Source: Candidatus Poribacteria bacterium (lineage in GTDB: Bacteria > Poribacteria > WGA-4E > PCPOR2b). From it: DNA of 64,000 nt. The DNA lies in contig OZ240245.1 in assembly GCA_965198175.1 (NCBI GenBank), forward strand, positions 832,001 to 896,000, given 5' to 3'. The position numbers were made by a program, and so were the translations under genes. Under the pieces are notes generated by a model, which saw only the letters and a program-made list of their open reading frames with translations, made no database searches and was not told the origin of the DNA. Shown one piece after another: positions 19,880 to 30,031 of the stretch. The stretch's first letter is position 1, and every line of letters starts with the position of its first letter.

Positions 19880-21535
19880 CTAAACTGTACCATAGGCTTC
19901 AACCAACCGTTTTGCCCTCCTTCTCAATAGGTAACGAATTAATCCCAAGGCGACCACAAGTATCGGGACGCCAGCAATGCTTACAAATTTAAGGAAAGAT
20001 TTCTCACTCTCGGAGACCTCTTTTAGCGGACGATCTGTTACACCGTGGGATCGGATGTGGATGAGATCATCGCCGAGCGTGAGCCAATCTATTGTGTTAA
20101 AGAAAAATGTCCGCTCATTTTGCCCGCCGAATTGCAAAAACGCAGAATTCCCGACCACAATTATCTGTGTAGTTTCACTTTCCGTTATTGTCGTTCGATC
20201 TTCACTTGTCGGTGTTTCCGCTTGAACTTCATCTTGAGCCTCATCGGATGTGCTCGTTTCGTTAGACGGGATATCTTTGTCCGCGTAAAAACTCTTGAAA
20301 ACCCCTGAGAGCGATGCCGCAACTGTATGACTTTTTCGCGCCGATGATGGGGGCCTGAGTTGAGCATTCGGGGCGATGTCATAGGGACTCTGCACAGTCC
20401 AGCTCTCTCCAGTTGTTTTCGCAAGCGCAATCGCCTCAATGGCGTCTTCTTCTTGCGGCAGTAACTCGAGTGAACTCGCCCAATTCAACGTCAAGCTTTC
20501 CAACTGGCTGGTGATAATGCTATCATCGGATAACCCTTTTGAAATCTCGCCCGAGCGAAAGCGGAATTGTTTAAGGATTCTAACAAAATACGGATAGTCA
20601 CTTCTAACGCTGAAGTACCCTTGTGTGTAAGACAGTTGCCCCTGAGAAATATCAAGCACGAGATCATTGCCGAGTTTGACGCCGTAATGCTCCAGCAAAT
20701 CATTGAGACCGGTCGTTAGTGGAGTTGCTTGTAATGACCCTTCTGGTATACGAATCGCATCCACTAAGAAAATCGACCGCCCGCCGCGCATAATGAACTG
20801 ATCGATTTCATACTTTTCACCCTCTGTCAACGCTTGCCTCGGACCAGCGACGACCAGTGTCGCAACATCTTTATCGATCTCTATTCCACCGTCAATCGAA
20901 ACTTTTCTGACATTATACTGCTTGCTCAACTCTCGCCGCATTTCGCCAAACCGTTGGGGGTCATCAATATCCAGTTCATCGTGTCCTGAGAGGAATCCAA
21001 GGGTCTTGACTTCCGTTCTCGTCACCTTGAGAATCGCGGAGGTCAAGTCGTATTCAAGCGTGAAGGTGTTTCGGACTACCGGCAGAATTTCCTTTTTGTC
21101 TTCATAAATTACGGCAAGCCCCATATAAACGTTGGCGACTTGCGCTTTATCCTTCTCAATGACGTTCACTTGCAATTCAGGGATGCCCATGAACCGAATC
21201 TTGTTCTTTTCTCCTTCATCATCGCTGGGATCGATAATGTCGATCTGCAGCTTGTTTGAGAAAGCGCGGTACTCGTCAAGTACATCGCGGACATCACGAC
21301 GAATTTGCGCGACCCGCGCGGGCTCCCGCGAAAAATAGGCGTTAATTGTTACGACATCGTCGAGACGCTTGAGGACATCCTTCGTCGATGATGAAATGGT
21401 GTACCGCTTGTCATCAGTCAGATCTCCTCTCACGAATCGGCGGCTTGACAGGAAGTTGATAGCCACAACAATACCAAATAATACGAGGATAAAGACGAGT
21501 GTATTGCCTCCATATTTCAGTGTTCTAGTTGCCAC
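19880..21535 (-). CDS. GldG-family ABC transporter auxiliary component
   Basis: DLTDDKRYTIS, LEYDLTSAI, GFLSGHDE, DQFIMRGG, NTIDWL, C-terminal TM; GTG start after GGAGG. Confidence 0.88.
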   Translation of the reverse strand: MATRTLKYGGNTLVFILVLFGIVVAINFLSSRRFVRGDLTDDKRYTISSSTKDVLKRLDDVVTINAYFSREPARVAQIRRDVRDVLDEYRAFSNKLQIDIIDPSDDEGEKNKIRFMGIPELQVNVIEKDKAQVANVYMGLAVIYEDKKEILPVVRNTFTLEYDLTSAILKVTRTEVKTLGFLSGHDELDIDDPQRFGEMRRELSKQYNVRKVSIDGGIEIDKDVATLVVAGPRQALTEGEKYEIDQFIMRGGRSIFLVDAIRIPEGSLQATPLTTGLNDLLEHYGVKLGNDLVLDISQGQLSYTQGYFSVRSDYPYFVRILKQFRFRSGEISKGLSDDSIITSQLESLTLNWASSLELLPQEEDAIEAIALAKTTGESWTVQSPYDIAPNAQLRPPSSARKSHTVAASLSGVFKSFYADKDIPSNETSTSDEAQDEVQAETPTSEDRTTITESETTQIIVVGNSAFLQFGGQNERTFFFNTIDWLTLGDDLIHIRSHGVTDRPLKEVSESEKSFLKFVSIAGVPILVVALGLIRYLLRRRAKRLVEAYGTV

Positions 21536-21539
21536 AAGG

Positions 21540-22256
21540 CTACCTCCATTTCCGACTTTCAAGAGATAAAACGCTCAGATACAGGAAGAAACCGATAACG
21601 GATAGATAGTAGATGAGATCTCGGGAATCGATAACCCCTCTTAGAATGCTGCTAAAATGCGCCCCTAACCCGAGATAGCTGAAAATCGGGACAATCCAGT
21701 TTGGAGCGTTGAAAAGCACAATATCATCACCGATGATGAGGAGTACAAAGGACATCACGATTCCGAGAATGAGAGCGACGATTTGATTTTCCGTCAAAGT
21801 AGAGGCGAGAAGTCCAATCGAAAGGTAAGCTCCGCCCATCAGAATGAGCCCAATATAGCCTCCCACGATTGGACCGCTATCGGAATCGCCCAAGTAGGCG
21901 ACCGTCATTGGCACCGAAAAGGAGAAAGCAATCGTCAATGTGAGCAGGGCAAAACTCGCGAGGTATTTGCCGATGACGACTTCGTAATCCTTGATCGGTA
22001 AGGTCATCAAGATTTCAACCGTGCCTATCTTCTTCTCTTCTGCCCAGAGTTTCATCGTCACTGCTGGTATAAAGAAAAGAAATAGCCAAGGCATTAGCCC
22101 AAAGTAGCCCCGCAACTCGGCTTGGTTGACGATGAAAAAGCTACGAAAAAAAAGCCAAGCGGACAAAAATAAGAAAAATGTTATAAAAATGTACGCGATT
22201 GGAGAATTAAAGTAGCTTCTGAACTCCTTCTTGAAAATGGCTGCGATGTTGTTCAT
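21540..22256 (-). CDS. GldF-like ABC-2 permease
   Basis: KKEFRSYFNSPIAY, PAVTMKLWAEEKKIGTVEILMTLP, TENQIVA, RGVIDSRD. Confidence 0.92.
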   Translation of the reverse strand: MNNIAAIFKKEFRSYFNSPIAYIFITFFLFLSAWLFFRSFFIVNQAELRGYFGLMPWLFLFFIPAVTMKLWAEEKKIGTVEILMTLPIKDYEVVIGKYLASFALLTLTIAFSFSVPMTVAYLGDSDSGPIVGGYIGLILMGGAYLSIGLLASTLTENQIVALILGIVMSFVLLIIGDDIVLFNAPNWIVPIFSYLGLGAHFSSILRGVIDSRDLIYYLSVIGFFLYLSVLSLESRKWR

Positions 22257-22402
22257 AAGCCTTCGTATCCAGCCTCCTCGAAAATTATTATTACATGCTT
22301 TGGATGTGCTCCCACCAGATATCTTAATAAACCGCTCTCTGACGATAGCCATGTTTGAGACGGAAAATAGTAAGATCTCACGGGTAAGATAGACAACGCT
22401 TC

Positions 22403-23362
22403 TTACGCATTACGCATAACATCCGCAGATTCGCTGCCAGTCAACTGCAGGAACACATCTTCCAGACTAACCGTTTCCTGACGCAACTCCGACAGACTCC
22501 AGTGATTCTCAACGACAAACTGGAAAATTTCCTCTGCCGCGTTTTTACCTTCCTTTTGAGACGCAATCCGGTATCCGAGAACCTCATCGTCGGCTTTCAC
22601 GCACTTGAAGTCGGAGACAAAACTCAGTTCATTGAGTTTCGCCTCAATCTCCTCACGGGGTCCGCGAATGGAGATGTGGACAACTTCTTGCCTCTTTGCG
22701 CGTCCCGCTAATTCCTCCGGCGTGCCGTTTGCTACAAGACGCCCCTCATTGATAATCAAGATTCGGCTGCATGTCGCAGAGACCTCCGGCAGAATATGTG
22801 AACTGAAAATAACCATCTTCTCTTTGCCGATTTCTTTAATCAGATTGCGAATTTCTATGATTTGGCTAGGGTCAAGTCCAGAGGTGGCTTCATCAAGGAT
22901 GAGGATTGATGGGGCGTGGATGAGGGCTTGTGACAAGCCGAGGCGCTGTCGATAACCTTTGGAGAGTTCGCCGACATCCTTCTGAATGACTTTCTCAAGC
23001 CCACACATGTCAATTGCCTCTCTAATCCGCTCTTTTCGCTGACTCTTTGGAATATTGCGAATCTGAGCGATAAATTTGAGATAATCAATGACGCCCATAT
23101 CCGTGTAGAGCGGTGCGCTTTCGGGCAAATAACCAATCTGCTTTCGGACTTCAATGGACTCCTCAAAAACGTCGTATCCCGCGACTTTAGCCGTACCTGC
23201 ATCTGCCGATAGATAGCACGTCAAGATACGCATCGTTGTGGTTTTTCCTGCGCCGTTTGGACCAAGGAAGCCCAATACTTCACCAGCTTTTGCATCGAAG
23301 GAAACATCGTTTACAGCGACAGTTGCGCCGTACCGTTTGGTCAAATTTCTGACTTCAATCAT
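22403..23362 (-). CDS. GldA-like ABC transporter ATP-binding protein
   Basis: Walker A GPNGAGKTT, LSKGYRQR signature, ILDE, SSHIL. Confidence 0.95.
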   Translation of the reverse strand: MIEVRNLTKRYGATVAVNDVSFDAKAGEVLGFLGPNGAGKTTTMRILTCYLSADAGTAKVAGYDVFEESIEVRKQIGYLPESAPLYTDMGVIDYLKFIAQIRNIPKSQRKERIREAIDMCGLEKVIQKDVGELSKGYRQRLGLSQALIHAPSILILDEATSGLDPSQIIEIRNLIKEIGKEKMVIFSSHILPEVSATCSRILIINEGRLVANGTPEELAGRAKRQEVVHISIRGPREEIEAKLNELSFVSDFKCVKADDEVLGYRIASQKEGKNAAEEIFQFVVENHWSLSELRQETVSLEDVFLQLTGSESADVMRNA

Positions 23363-23547
23363 ATAGGTTTATCACCTCGATTATGGATTTGCGAGAACCG
23401 AAGTTTAATGACGAAACGAACACAAATAATATCACGTTGACAAAAATCTCGTCAAGAAAATAATGTACCAATTTACTGTCTTATCAACCAGCCGTAGAGG
23501 CGCGCCATGGCGAATTTCCAAAATTCGCGTGGATGCGGCATAATCTG

Positions 23548-24300
23548 CTATCCCAAACTCCAGCCCCCATCTACCCACAGTTCATGACCCGTGATATAAG
23601 TGCTGCGATCCGAGACCAAGAACAACACGGCGTCAGCCACCTCCTTTGCCGAAGCGTGACGCTTGAGTAGGGGCCGTTCCTCCTGCGAAACCCAAAAGTC
23701 CTCTCCGAAAGAACGTGAGAGCGGCGTGTCTATCGGTCCCGGAAGGATGGCGTTAGCCAAGATGCCGTCCTTTGCGAAGCCCTTAGCCACCGATTTCATG
23801 AGTGCCAAACACCCGCCTTTGCTCACGCCGTAAGCAACGTGCGCGATGATACTGCCGACGCGGCCCGCTGGCGACGACACATAGACGATGCGTCCGTATT
23901 TCTGAGTTGTCATGTGGGGAATGACCGCCCTGGTGCAGAGAAACATGCCAGTTACGTTGATTGCCAAGATTCGATTCCAGTCTTCAAGCGTTACGCTGTC
24001 CCAGTCTACTATTGGGCACATGCCGGCGTTGTTGACCAGGATGTCAATTCGCCCAAAGCGATCAAACGCAGCCTGAACCATCGCCTCGACTTGCGAGGGA
24101 TTACAGACATCGGTGGGTGTGGCGATTACTTGTCCCTTATGAGCAGCCATAATCTCTTGGGCGGTCTCCGCCGCTTGATCGGCTTGCACATCGGCGATGA
24201 TTACCCCGCGTGCATCCGCTTCGACAAAGGCTTCCACCGTTGCACGTCCAAGCCCCTGTGCACCCCCGGTGACAATTGCTACTCTGCCTGTCAGATTCAT
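23548..24300 (-). CDS. SDR family oxidoreductase (FabG-like)
   Basis: TGGAQGLG, NNAG, YGVSK, PGPIDT, VDGG. Confidence 0.93.
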   Translation of the reverse strand: MNLTGRVAIVTGGAQGLGRATVEAFVEADARGVIIADVQADQAAETAQEIMAAHKGQVIATPTDVCNPSQVEAMVQAAFDRFGRIDILVNNAGMCPIVDWDSVTLEDWNRILAINVTGMFLCTRAVIPHMTTQKYGRIVYVSSPAGRVGSIIAHVAYGVSKGGCLALMKSVAKGFAKDGILANAILPGPIDTPLSRSFGEDFWVSQEERPLLKRHASAKEVADAVLFLVSDRSTYITGHELWVDGGWSLG

Positions 24301-24453
24301 CGATGACTCCTTTCGATGATATTGATTTTCAATGTCGATTGTGCTATAGTAATCCTAACGATTGTGCAAGAGCGTTGTTATTTGAAAGCGTCTCAACAGC
24401 AGATGCATTTGCAGGTTATGTGCGAAACCCAAAATAAAGAAAGGACGTGCAAG

Positions 24454-25290
24454 ATGGTTACGAATAAGATTTTGATGATAGCTTATGTTCTAGCAGTTGT
24501 CGCGGCTACACTGACATGCACAAGTATGGCGGAAAGCCAAGTTGTTGAAAAGGGGCTTGTTCATTACTGGTCTTTTGACAAGATTGACAACGATATCGTT
24601 CCGGACCTTGCCGGGAGGAACGATGTGGAAATCATACGCGGTAAATCACCGCCTCTGTTAGCCGGCGGAAGAAGCAATCCAAAGGTAGTCAAAGGGAAAA
24701 TAGGTAGTGCATTGGAGTTTGATGGAGACGGCGACTATGCGCAATCGACGGAAGAGATTGAAATATCCGGTTCCGACCCCCGGACGTTGAGCGCATGGGT
24801 TAAATGGAACACAAAGAGCGATCAATTTCACGTTCTCGTTGGCTGGGGCTGGGAAGGCGAAACCGGTCAAGTCTGTAAAGGGGAGTTGTTCTGCATTACA
24901 ACTTGGCATTCAAACCAGATTACCATGTGGGGCGTGTGTAACGATCATGAATCGCGTTTCGGCGCAAAAGTAGGCAATTGGTATCATGTCACCGTGACAT
25001 ACGACGATAAGACGGAACTGAAAATCTATGTCAACGGCGATGATGTCGTCTATGATAACGCGAAGATACAACCCTTCCAGACCGGTGATAAGACACGAGC
25101 GACGTTCGGTAAAAAGATCTTCACCTTCGCTGATCGAGCTTGGGCAAACGGTGCTGTCGATGAAGTTGCTATCTATAATCGCGCGTTGGATAGAGACGAG
25201 GTCCAAGCGAATTTTACGTCAAAAGGATTTGCCGTCAATTCTGAGGGTCAACTCGCCCTCACCTGGGGAGCGATAAAGACCCCAAGATAA
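24454..25290 (+). CDS. Secreted LamG/concanavalin A-like domain protein
   Basis: Signal peptide, GLVHYWSFD, GSALEFDG, WYHVTVTYD, GAVDEVAIYNRAL, C-terminal AVNSEGQLALTWGAIK. Confidence 0.88.
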   Translation: MVTNKILMIAYVLAVVAATLTCTSMAESQVVEKGLVHYWSFDKIDNDIVPDLAGRNDVEIIRGKSPPLLAGGRSNPKVVKGKIGSALEFDGDGDYAQSTEEIEISGSDPRTLSAWVKWNTKSDQFHVLVGWGWEGETGQVCKGELFCITTWHSNQITMWGVCNDHESRFGAKVGNWYHVTVTYDDKTELKIYVNGDDVVYDNAKIQPFQTGDKTRATFGKKIFTFADRAWANGAVDEVAIYNRALDRDEVQANFTSKGFAVNSEGQLALTWGAIKTPR

Positions 25291-25352
25291 GCCTTGACAC
25301 TTTTACACTAAACTATTGATATGAGCCAACACTTGCAGAATCGCCCGGTTAC

Positions 25353-25634
25353 CTATTCACCTTCGATTAACTCTCCGCCCTTCTTCAGGAAAGCGATAGC
25401 GCTGCGCGAGACTTCGACCTTTACGTTTTCGGCGATTGCGAGAACAACAAGCTCTTTGTCGACGCCGATGATTTTTCCGTGTAGCCCTCCCGTTGTAACG
25501 ACTAAATTTCCTTTCGCAAGATTTTCTAACATCGCTTGGTGTTTTTTCCGTTTAAGCTGTTCGGGACGCCAGATCAGCATATAGATAATCGCCACCATCA
25601 GAATAATCGGAACAAAAGCGCTAAAAAAATCCAT
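25353..25634 (-). CDS. yajC: Preprotein translocase subunit YajC
   Basis: TM-IWRPEQ, KGNLVVTTGGLHGKI, VEVSRSAI. Confidence 0.93.
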   Translation of the reverse strand: MDFFSAFVPIILMVAIIYMLIWRPEQLKRKKHQAMLENLAKGNLVVTTGGLHGKIIGVDKELVVLAIAENVKVEVSRSAIAFLKKGGELIEGE

Positions 25635-25652
25635 TAGTTAATCTCCTTCAAA

Positions 25653-26681
25653 TTAAAGAATAAGCATTGCATCACCATAGCTATAGAAACGATATTTCCG
25701 AGCGATTGCCTGCCGGTAAGCTTCAAGAATGAATTCGCGGTCGGTGAACGCGCTGACCAGCATCAGCAAAGTGGAACGCGGCAGATGGAAATTGGTAATC
25801 ACAGCATCAACGGCTTTGAATTGATAGCCGGGATAGATAAAAATATCTGTATATCCGCAATAAGGGCGGATGCCTCCATCCGAAGCAACCGCTTCAAGCG
25901 CTCGAACCGAGGTAGTCCCAACAGCCACCACCTTTCTCCCCTGCTCGATTGCAGCATTGAGTAGGTCGGTGGTTGTTTGAGGGATGTCAAAATACTCCTC
26001 GTGCAATTTATGGTCTTCAATGTCCTCGACTTTGACCGGTTGAAACGTGCCAAGCCCGACGTGAAGTGTCAGGGCGACCCAGTCGAACCCGTCCCGCTTG
26101 AGTCGATCCAGCAACGTTTGTGTGAAGTGGAGCCCTGCCGTTGGTGCGGCAACCGCCCCTTCGGTCGAAGCGTAGACACATTGATACCGCTCTCGATCAC
26201 CGGCGTCGGGTTCTCGTTTGATGTAAGGCGGCAGCGGTATTTGACCGATGCGCGCGAGAATCGACTGAAAATCCCCGTCGTACGTGAATCGGACGGTACA
26301 AATGCCGCCCTCCGTTTTTTCGCGTATTTGAGCAGTTAACGCGCCCTGACCAAACGCCAAGCGTGTGCCTCGACTGACGCGCCGACTAGGTCTAACCAGC
26401 GCTTCCCAAACCTTCTCCCCTTTCGGACGAATTAACAGAACTTCAATCTTACCACCTGTAGGCAGCTTTGCTCCAATCAATCTCGCCGGTATGACTTTGG
26501 TATTGTTGAGGACGAGCAGTGCCCGCGGGGGTAGAAACTCGCCAATTTTCGAGAACTGTGTGTCACTAATTTCCTGTGTGCGCCGATTGATGACCATTAA
26601 GCGGGATGCATCCCTACGCTGGAGCGGGAACTGCGCGATAAGCGCATCCGGCAGATTATAGTCGTAATCAGCGAGCTTCAT
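25653..26681 (-). CDS. queA: S-adenosylmethionine:tRNA ribosyltransferase-isomerase
   Basis: DYNLPDALIAQ, PLPPYIKR, AAPTAGLHF, TLHVGLGTF, TNFHLPRSTL, YRFYSYGDAM. Confidence 0.97.
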   Translation of the reverse strand: MKLADYDYNLPDALIAQFPLQRRDASRLMVINRRTQEISDTQFSKIGEFLPPRALLVLNNTKVIPARLIGAKLPTGGKIEVLLIRPKGEKVWEALVRPSRRVSRGTRLAFGQGALTAQIREKTEGGICTVRFTYDGDFQSILARIGQIPLPPYIKREPDAGDRERYQCVYASTEGAVAAPTAGLHFTQTLLDRLKRDGFDWVALTLHVGLGTFQPVKVEDIEDHKLHEEYFDIPQTTTDLLNAAIEQGRKVVAVGTTSVRALEAVASDGGIRPYCGYTDIFIYPGYQFKAVDAVITNFHLPRSTLLMLVSAFTDREFILEAYRQAIARKYRFYSYGDAMLIL

Positions 26682-26850
26682 ATCTCTAAGGCTTACGCAA
26701 TTCAACGGTAAGTGCTCGGTCGTTCACCGATGCATCAGCGGCGCACGTAACTTCCAAGGCACAGCGAATTGGGAAACCGCCTCGGTATCATCTGCTGCCC
26801 AACACTAGGAAGTGAAGATAACCGTAAGGGCTTCAAGAGGAAGACAAACT

Positions 26851-27864
26851 CTACAAAAACGACGGTTGGCAGTCTAACGGCAAAGGATAACCCAAATGTT
26901 CATAAGCCGAATCCGCCGCTACTCGTCCCATCGGCGTTAGTGACAAAAACCCGATTTTGATTAGGTACGGCTCGATTACTTCCGCAATCGTACGTTCATC
27001 TTCGCTGATAGCAACGGCGAGTGCCTTGAGTCCCGCCCGTCCGCGGAATTTTTCAATCAATGTGCCTAAATAAACCCTATCGCCTTTGTCCAGACCGAGT
27101 TCGTCGATTTTGAAAAATTCTAAGGCTTCTTGAGCAACTGCATGGGTGATAACCCCGTCGTATTTCACAGCTGCATAATCCCGTACGTTTAACAGTAGAT
27201 TTTTGGCGATTCGCATCGTGCCGCGTGAGCGGCAAGCTAACTCGCGTTCCGCCTTTTCCTCAATCTCAACGGGAGGTCGCAGCCGATTGCTGTATTGGTT
27301 GATAGCAATCTGAATCTCATCGGAGGTGTAATAATCGAGGTGGATGCGGATACCAAATCGATTTTGGAATGGACCCGATAATAGCCCCTCGCGCGTCGTC
27401 GCTCCTACCAGCGTGAAACGGGATAGTGGTACAGTAATAATATCCGCTGATGGTCCCTGTCCAACTGCCAAGTCAATTTTATAGTCCTCCATCGCGGGAT
27501 ACATTGATTCCTGAACATATCCCTTCATGCGATGAATCTCATCAACAAATAAAATATCGCCCGCTTCAAGATTAGATAAGATTGTTGCCACATCTAGTCG
27601 TTCCATTGTAGGACCGACTGCGGGCTTGAAACCGCCTCCCATTTCGTTAGAGATTATCTTTGCGAGCGTTGTTTTGCCAAGTCCGGGAGGACCAACAAGG
27701 AGAATATGCTCTAATGCCTGCTTCCTCTGCTTCGCAGCTTCGATGTGGATGTGCAATCGTTCCTTAACTGTTTCCTGACCGATGAACTCCTTCAGTGTTT
27801 GAGGTCTGAGACTATATTGGGTTTCATCGTACGCCTCCAACAGTTCTTGGATCTGTTTGCTCAT
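26851..27864 (-). CDS. ruvB: Holliday junction branch migration helicase RuvB
   Basis: LRPQTLKEFIGQ, GPPGLGKTT, DEIHR, GATTR, RSRGTMRIA. Confidence 0.97.
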   Translation of the reverse strand: MSKQIQELLEAYDETQYSLRPQTLKEFIGQETVKERLHIHIEAAKQRKQALEHILLVGPPGLGKTTLAKIISNEMGGGFKPAVGPTMERLDVATILSNLEAGDILFVDEIHRMKGYVQESMYPAMEDYKIDLAVGQGPSADIITVPLSRFTLVGATTREGLLSGPFQNRFGIRIHLDYYTSDEIQIAINQYSNRLRPPVEIEEKAERELACRSRGTMRIAKNLLLNVRDYAAVKYDGVITHAVAQEALEFFKIDELGLDKGDRVYLGTLIEKFRGRAGLKALAVAISEDERTIAEVIEPYLIKIGFLSLTPMGRVAADSAYEHLGYPLPLDCQPSFL

Positions 27865-27937
27865 TTTGAACTCTCATCGACCTGTGGTCCAGATTGCTCC
27901 CGCCCGATCGCCAAATCCAGGGGGGTTCTCAACTCGT

Positions 27938-28549
27938 TTAAATTCTGGACGGTGTCTTAGAGATGTATCGAAGTGCAAGCCGAATCAAATCTTCCAATTC
28001 TGCCGCTTTTCCCAATACCTTCTGAGCTTCCGCCATCGCCCATTCTGCGGTGTAATCAGAAACGCCTAAACCAACTAACGCTTTGATGCCTTCTTCTGCT
28101 CGTTGTTGAAATCCGCCGCCATCAATTTTTTTATCAAAGTGGATTTTACCGATGGCATTTTTCAGCTTAATGATGATGAGTTGCGCCATCTCTTTATTGA
28201 GGCGTGGCACTCGTATCAACGTTGCATGATCGCCGTCACGAACAGCCCGTTGAAACTCAACAGGCGAAAGCTTAGAAACAATATGTTGCGCCACAGATGG
28301 ACCGATACCTTTTACGGTGAGGGCAATTTCAAAAACTTTCAGTTCATCCCTTGACGCAAATCCATAGAGTTTGACTTCGTTCTCCCGGCAGTGGTGATAG
28401 GTGTAAAACTTGACTTCCGATCCGGTCTCGGGCAATTTAACCGCCGCATATGATGGGATTTCAATGCTATAGCCGATGCCATTGACCTCAACAACTGCTC
28501 GTTGGTCGTCATTAAACTCCAAAATACCTTTGACAAACGCAATCATCAA
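27938..28549 (-). CDS. ruvA: Holliday junction branch migration protein RuvA
   Basis: VVEVNGIGY, LYGF, VKGIGP helix-hairpin-helix; lies between ruvC and ruvB. Confidence 0.95.
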   Translation of the reverse strand: MMIAFVKGILEFNDDQRAVVEVNGIGYSIEIPSYAAVKLPETGSEVKFYTYHHCRENEVKLYGFASRDELKVFEIALTVKGIGPSVAQHIVSKLSPVEFQRAVRDGDHATLIRVPRLNKEMAQLIIIKLKNAIGKIHFDKKIDGGGFQQRAEEGIKALVGLGVSDYTAEWAMAEAQKVLGKAAELEDLIRLALRYISKTPSRI

Positions 28550-29043
28550 CTACACCTCTCGCGTAATTGCAGCATTTTGTAGGAACGAGCATGGCAAATA
28601 GCAACGGCGAGTGCATCTGCGGCGTGATCCGGGTGCGGGATTGTATCCAATTTTAGTAAGGTTTTCACCATTTCCTGAATCTGGCGCTTGCTGGCTTTAC
28701 CATATCCAACAACAGATTGTTTCACATGCGCGGGCGTGTAGCCGAACACCTCCCGACCCATATTTGCGGCTACCAGTTTCGCAATCCCCCTAGCTTCACC
28801 AACTGCCAGAGCACTGCTTAGTTTCTTATTAAAAAACAGATCTTCGAAAACGAAAAAGTCGGGTTGATATTCAGAAGCGAGGTGGTTGACCCTATCGTAG
28901 ATGGATTTCAAGCGATGGGGGGATTCGGTTTGGGAATCTGTCGTGATGGTTCCATAATCAATTAGTCTGAGCGGGGTTCCATCGGCTTCAATAAGTCCGT
29001 AGCCCGTATTTGCAATTCCCGGATCTATGCCAAGGACGACCAT
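28546..29043 (-). CDS. ruvC: Crossover junction endodeoxyribonuclease RuvC
   Basis: LGIDPG, GYGKASK, DHAADALAVAICH. Confidence 0.97.
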   Translation of the reverse strand: MVVLGIDPGIANTGYGLIEADGTPLRLIDYGTITTDSQTESPHRLKSIYDRVNHLASEYQPDFFVFEDLFFNKKLSSALAVGEARGIAKLVAANMGREVFGYTPAHVKQSVVGYGKASKRQIQEMVKTLLKLDTIPHPDHAADALAVAICHARSYKMLQLRERCS

Positions 29044-29789
29044 TAGGCAGCCGCTTCCAAAATTTCGTCGGGGATGTCAAAGTTCGCATGCACTTTCTGG
29101 ACATCGTCATTTTCTTCGAGCGATTCCATCAAGCGCAGCATTCGCTCAGCTACTTTGCCTTCTAATTTCACGGTAGTTTGAGGAATCATACTGAGCTCAG
29201 CTACACGAATCGTCGCCCCAGACGCTTCAACAGCCGCTCTCACCTGATCGAATTGCTCGACGGAAGAAACAACCTCAATCTGGTCATCTGAAGGTATGAG
29301 GTCGTCCGCCCCGGAATCCAGAGCAAGCATAAAGAGGTCGTCTTCATCGACGCTCTCTTTTGAGACAACGATTAACCCGCGCTTATCAAAGAGCCAAGAC
29401 ACACATCCCCGCTCTCCAATATTTCCGCCATACCTGTTTAAAATGTGTCTCACAGCAGCAATTGCTCGATTTTTATTATCCGTTAAGATTTCAATCATGA
29501 TTGCGACGCCATCTGGCCCATATCCCTCGTATATTACCTCTTCGTAATCAATGCCTTCGAGTTCGCCGGTTCCGCGTAGAATTGCCTTTTCAATGTTGTC
29601 ATTCGGTACATTATTTGATTTCGCGGTTGACACCGCAGCCCTCAAGCGGGGATTCATGTCAATATCGGAGCCGTCAAGACGCGCCGCAACTGTGATTTCC
29701 TTAATTAGTCTTGAGAAGAGCTTTCCACGCTTCGAATCAACTGCGGATTTACGGTGCTTGATTTGTGCCCACTTAGAGTGACCAGACAT
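29043..29789 (-). CDS. yebC: YebC/PmpR family protein
   Basis: MSGHSKWAQIKH, YEGYGP, TDNKNR, DDVQKVHAN. Confidence 0.97.
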   Translation of the reverse strand: MSGHSKWAQIKHRKSAVDSKRGKLFSRLIKEITVAARLDGSDIDMNPRLRAAVSTAKSNNVPNDNIEKAILRGTGELEGIDYEEVIYEGYGPDGVAIMIEILTDNKNRAIAAVRHILNRYGGNIGERGCVSWLFDKRGLIVVSKESVDEDDLFMLALDSGADDLIPSDDQIEVVSSVEQFDQVRAAVEASGATIRVAELSMIPQTTVKLEGKVAERMLRLMESLEENDDVQKVHANFDIPDEILEAAA

Positions 29790-30031
29790 TTAATTTTTCC
29801 TCTCTAGTTTGTTGAGTCAAACCTATTTTAGCATACGGAAAAGGCGGATGCAAGCAAATTGTTGTACCTCGCATCCTGTCCCGTTTGTCGGATTTTGGTG
29901 GTATTTTGCTTATGACTATCTCGTTTTTCTGCAGGATGGCGTTACGACGAATGACGGGGGAAAAATCATTGGACATCTGGGCAAAGATTCAGAGCATTAT
30001 GGTATGACTGAGTTTGATGAAGACAAAAACG

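Noticed and set aside
18846..23362. Gliding motility function for the GldAFG-like operon
   Set aside because: This ABC module with DUF4340 is widespread in non-gliding bacteria, and no other gld or spr genes are present.
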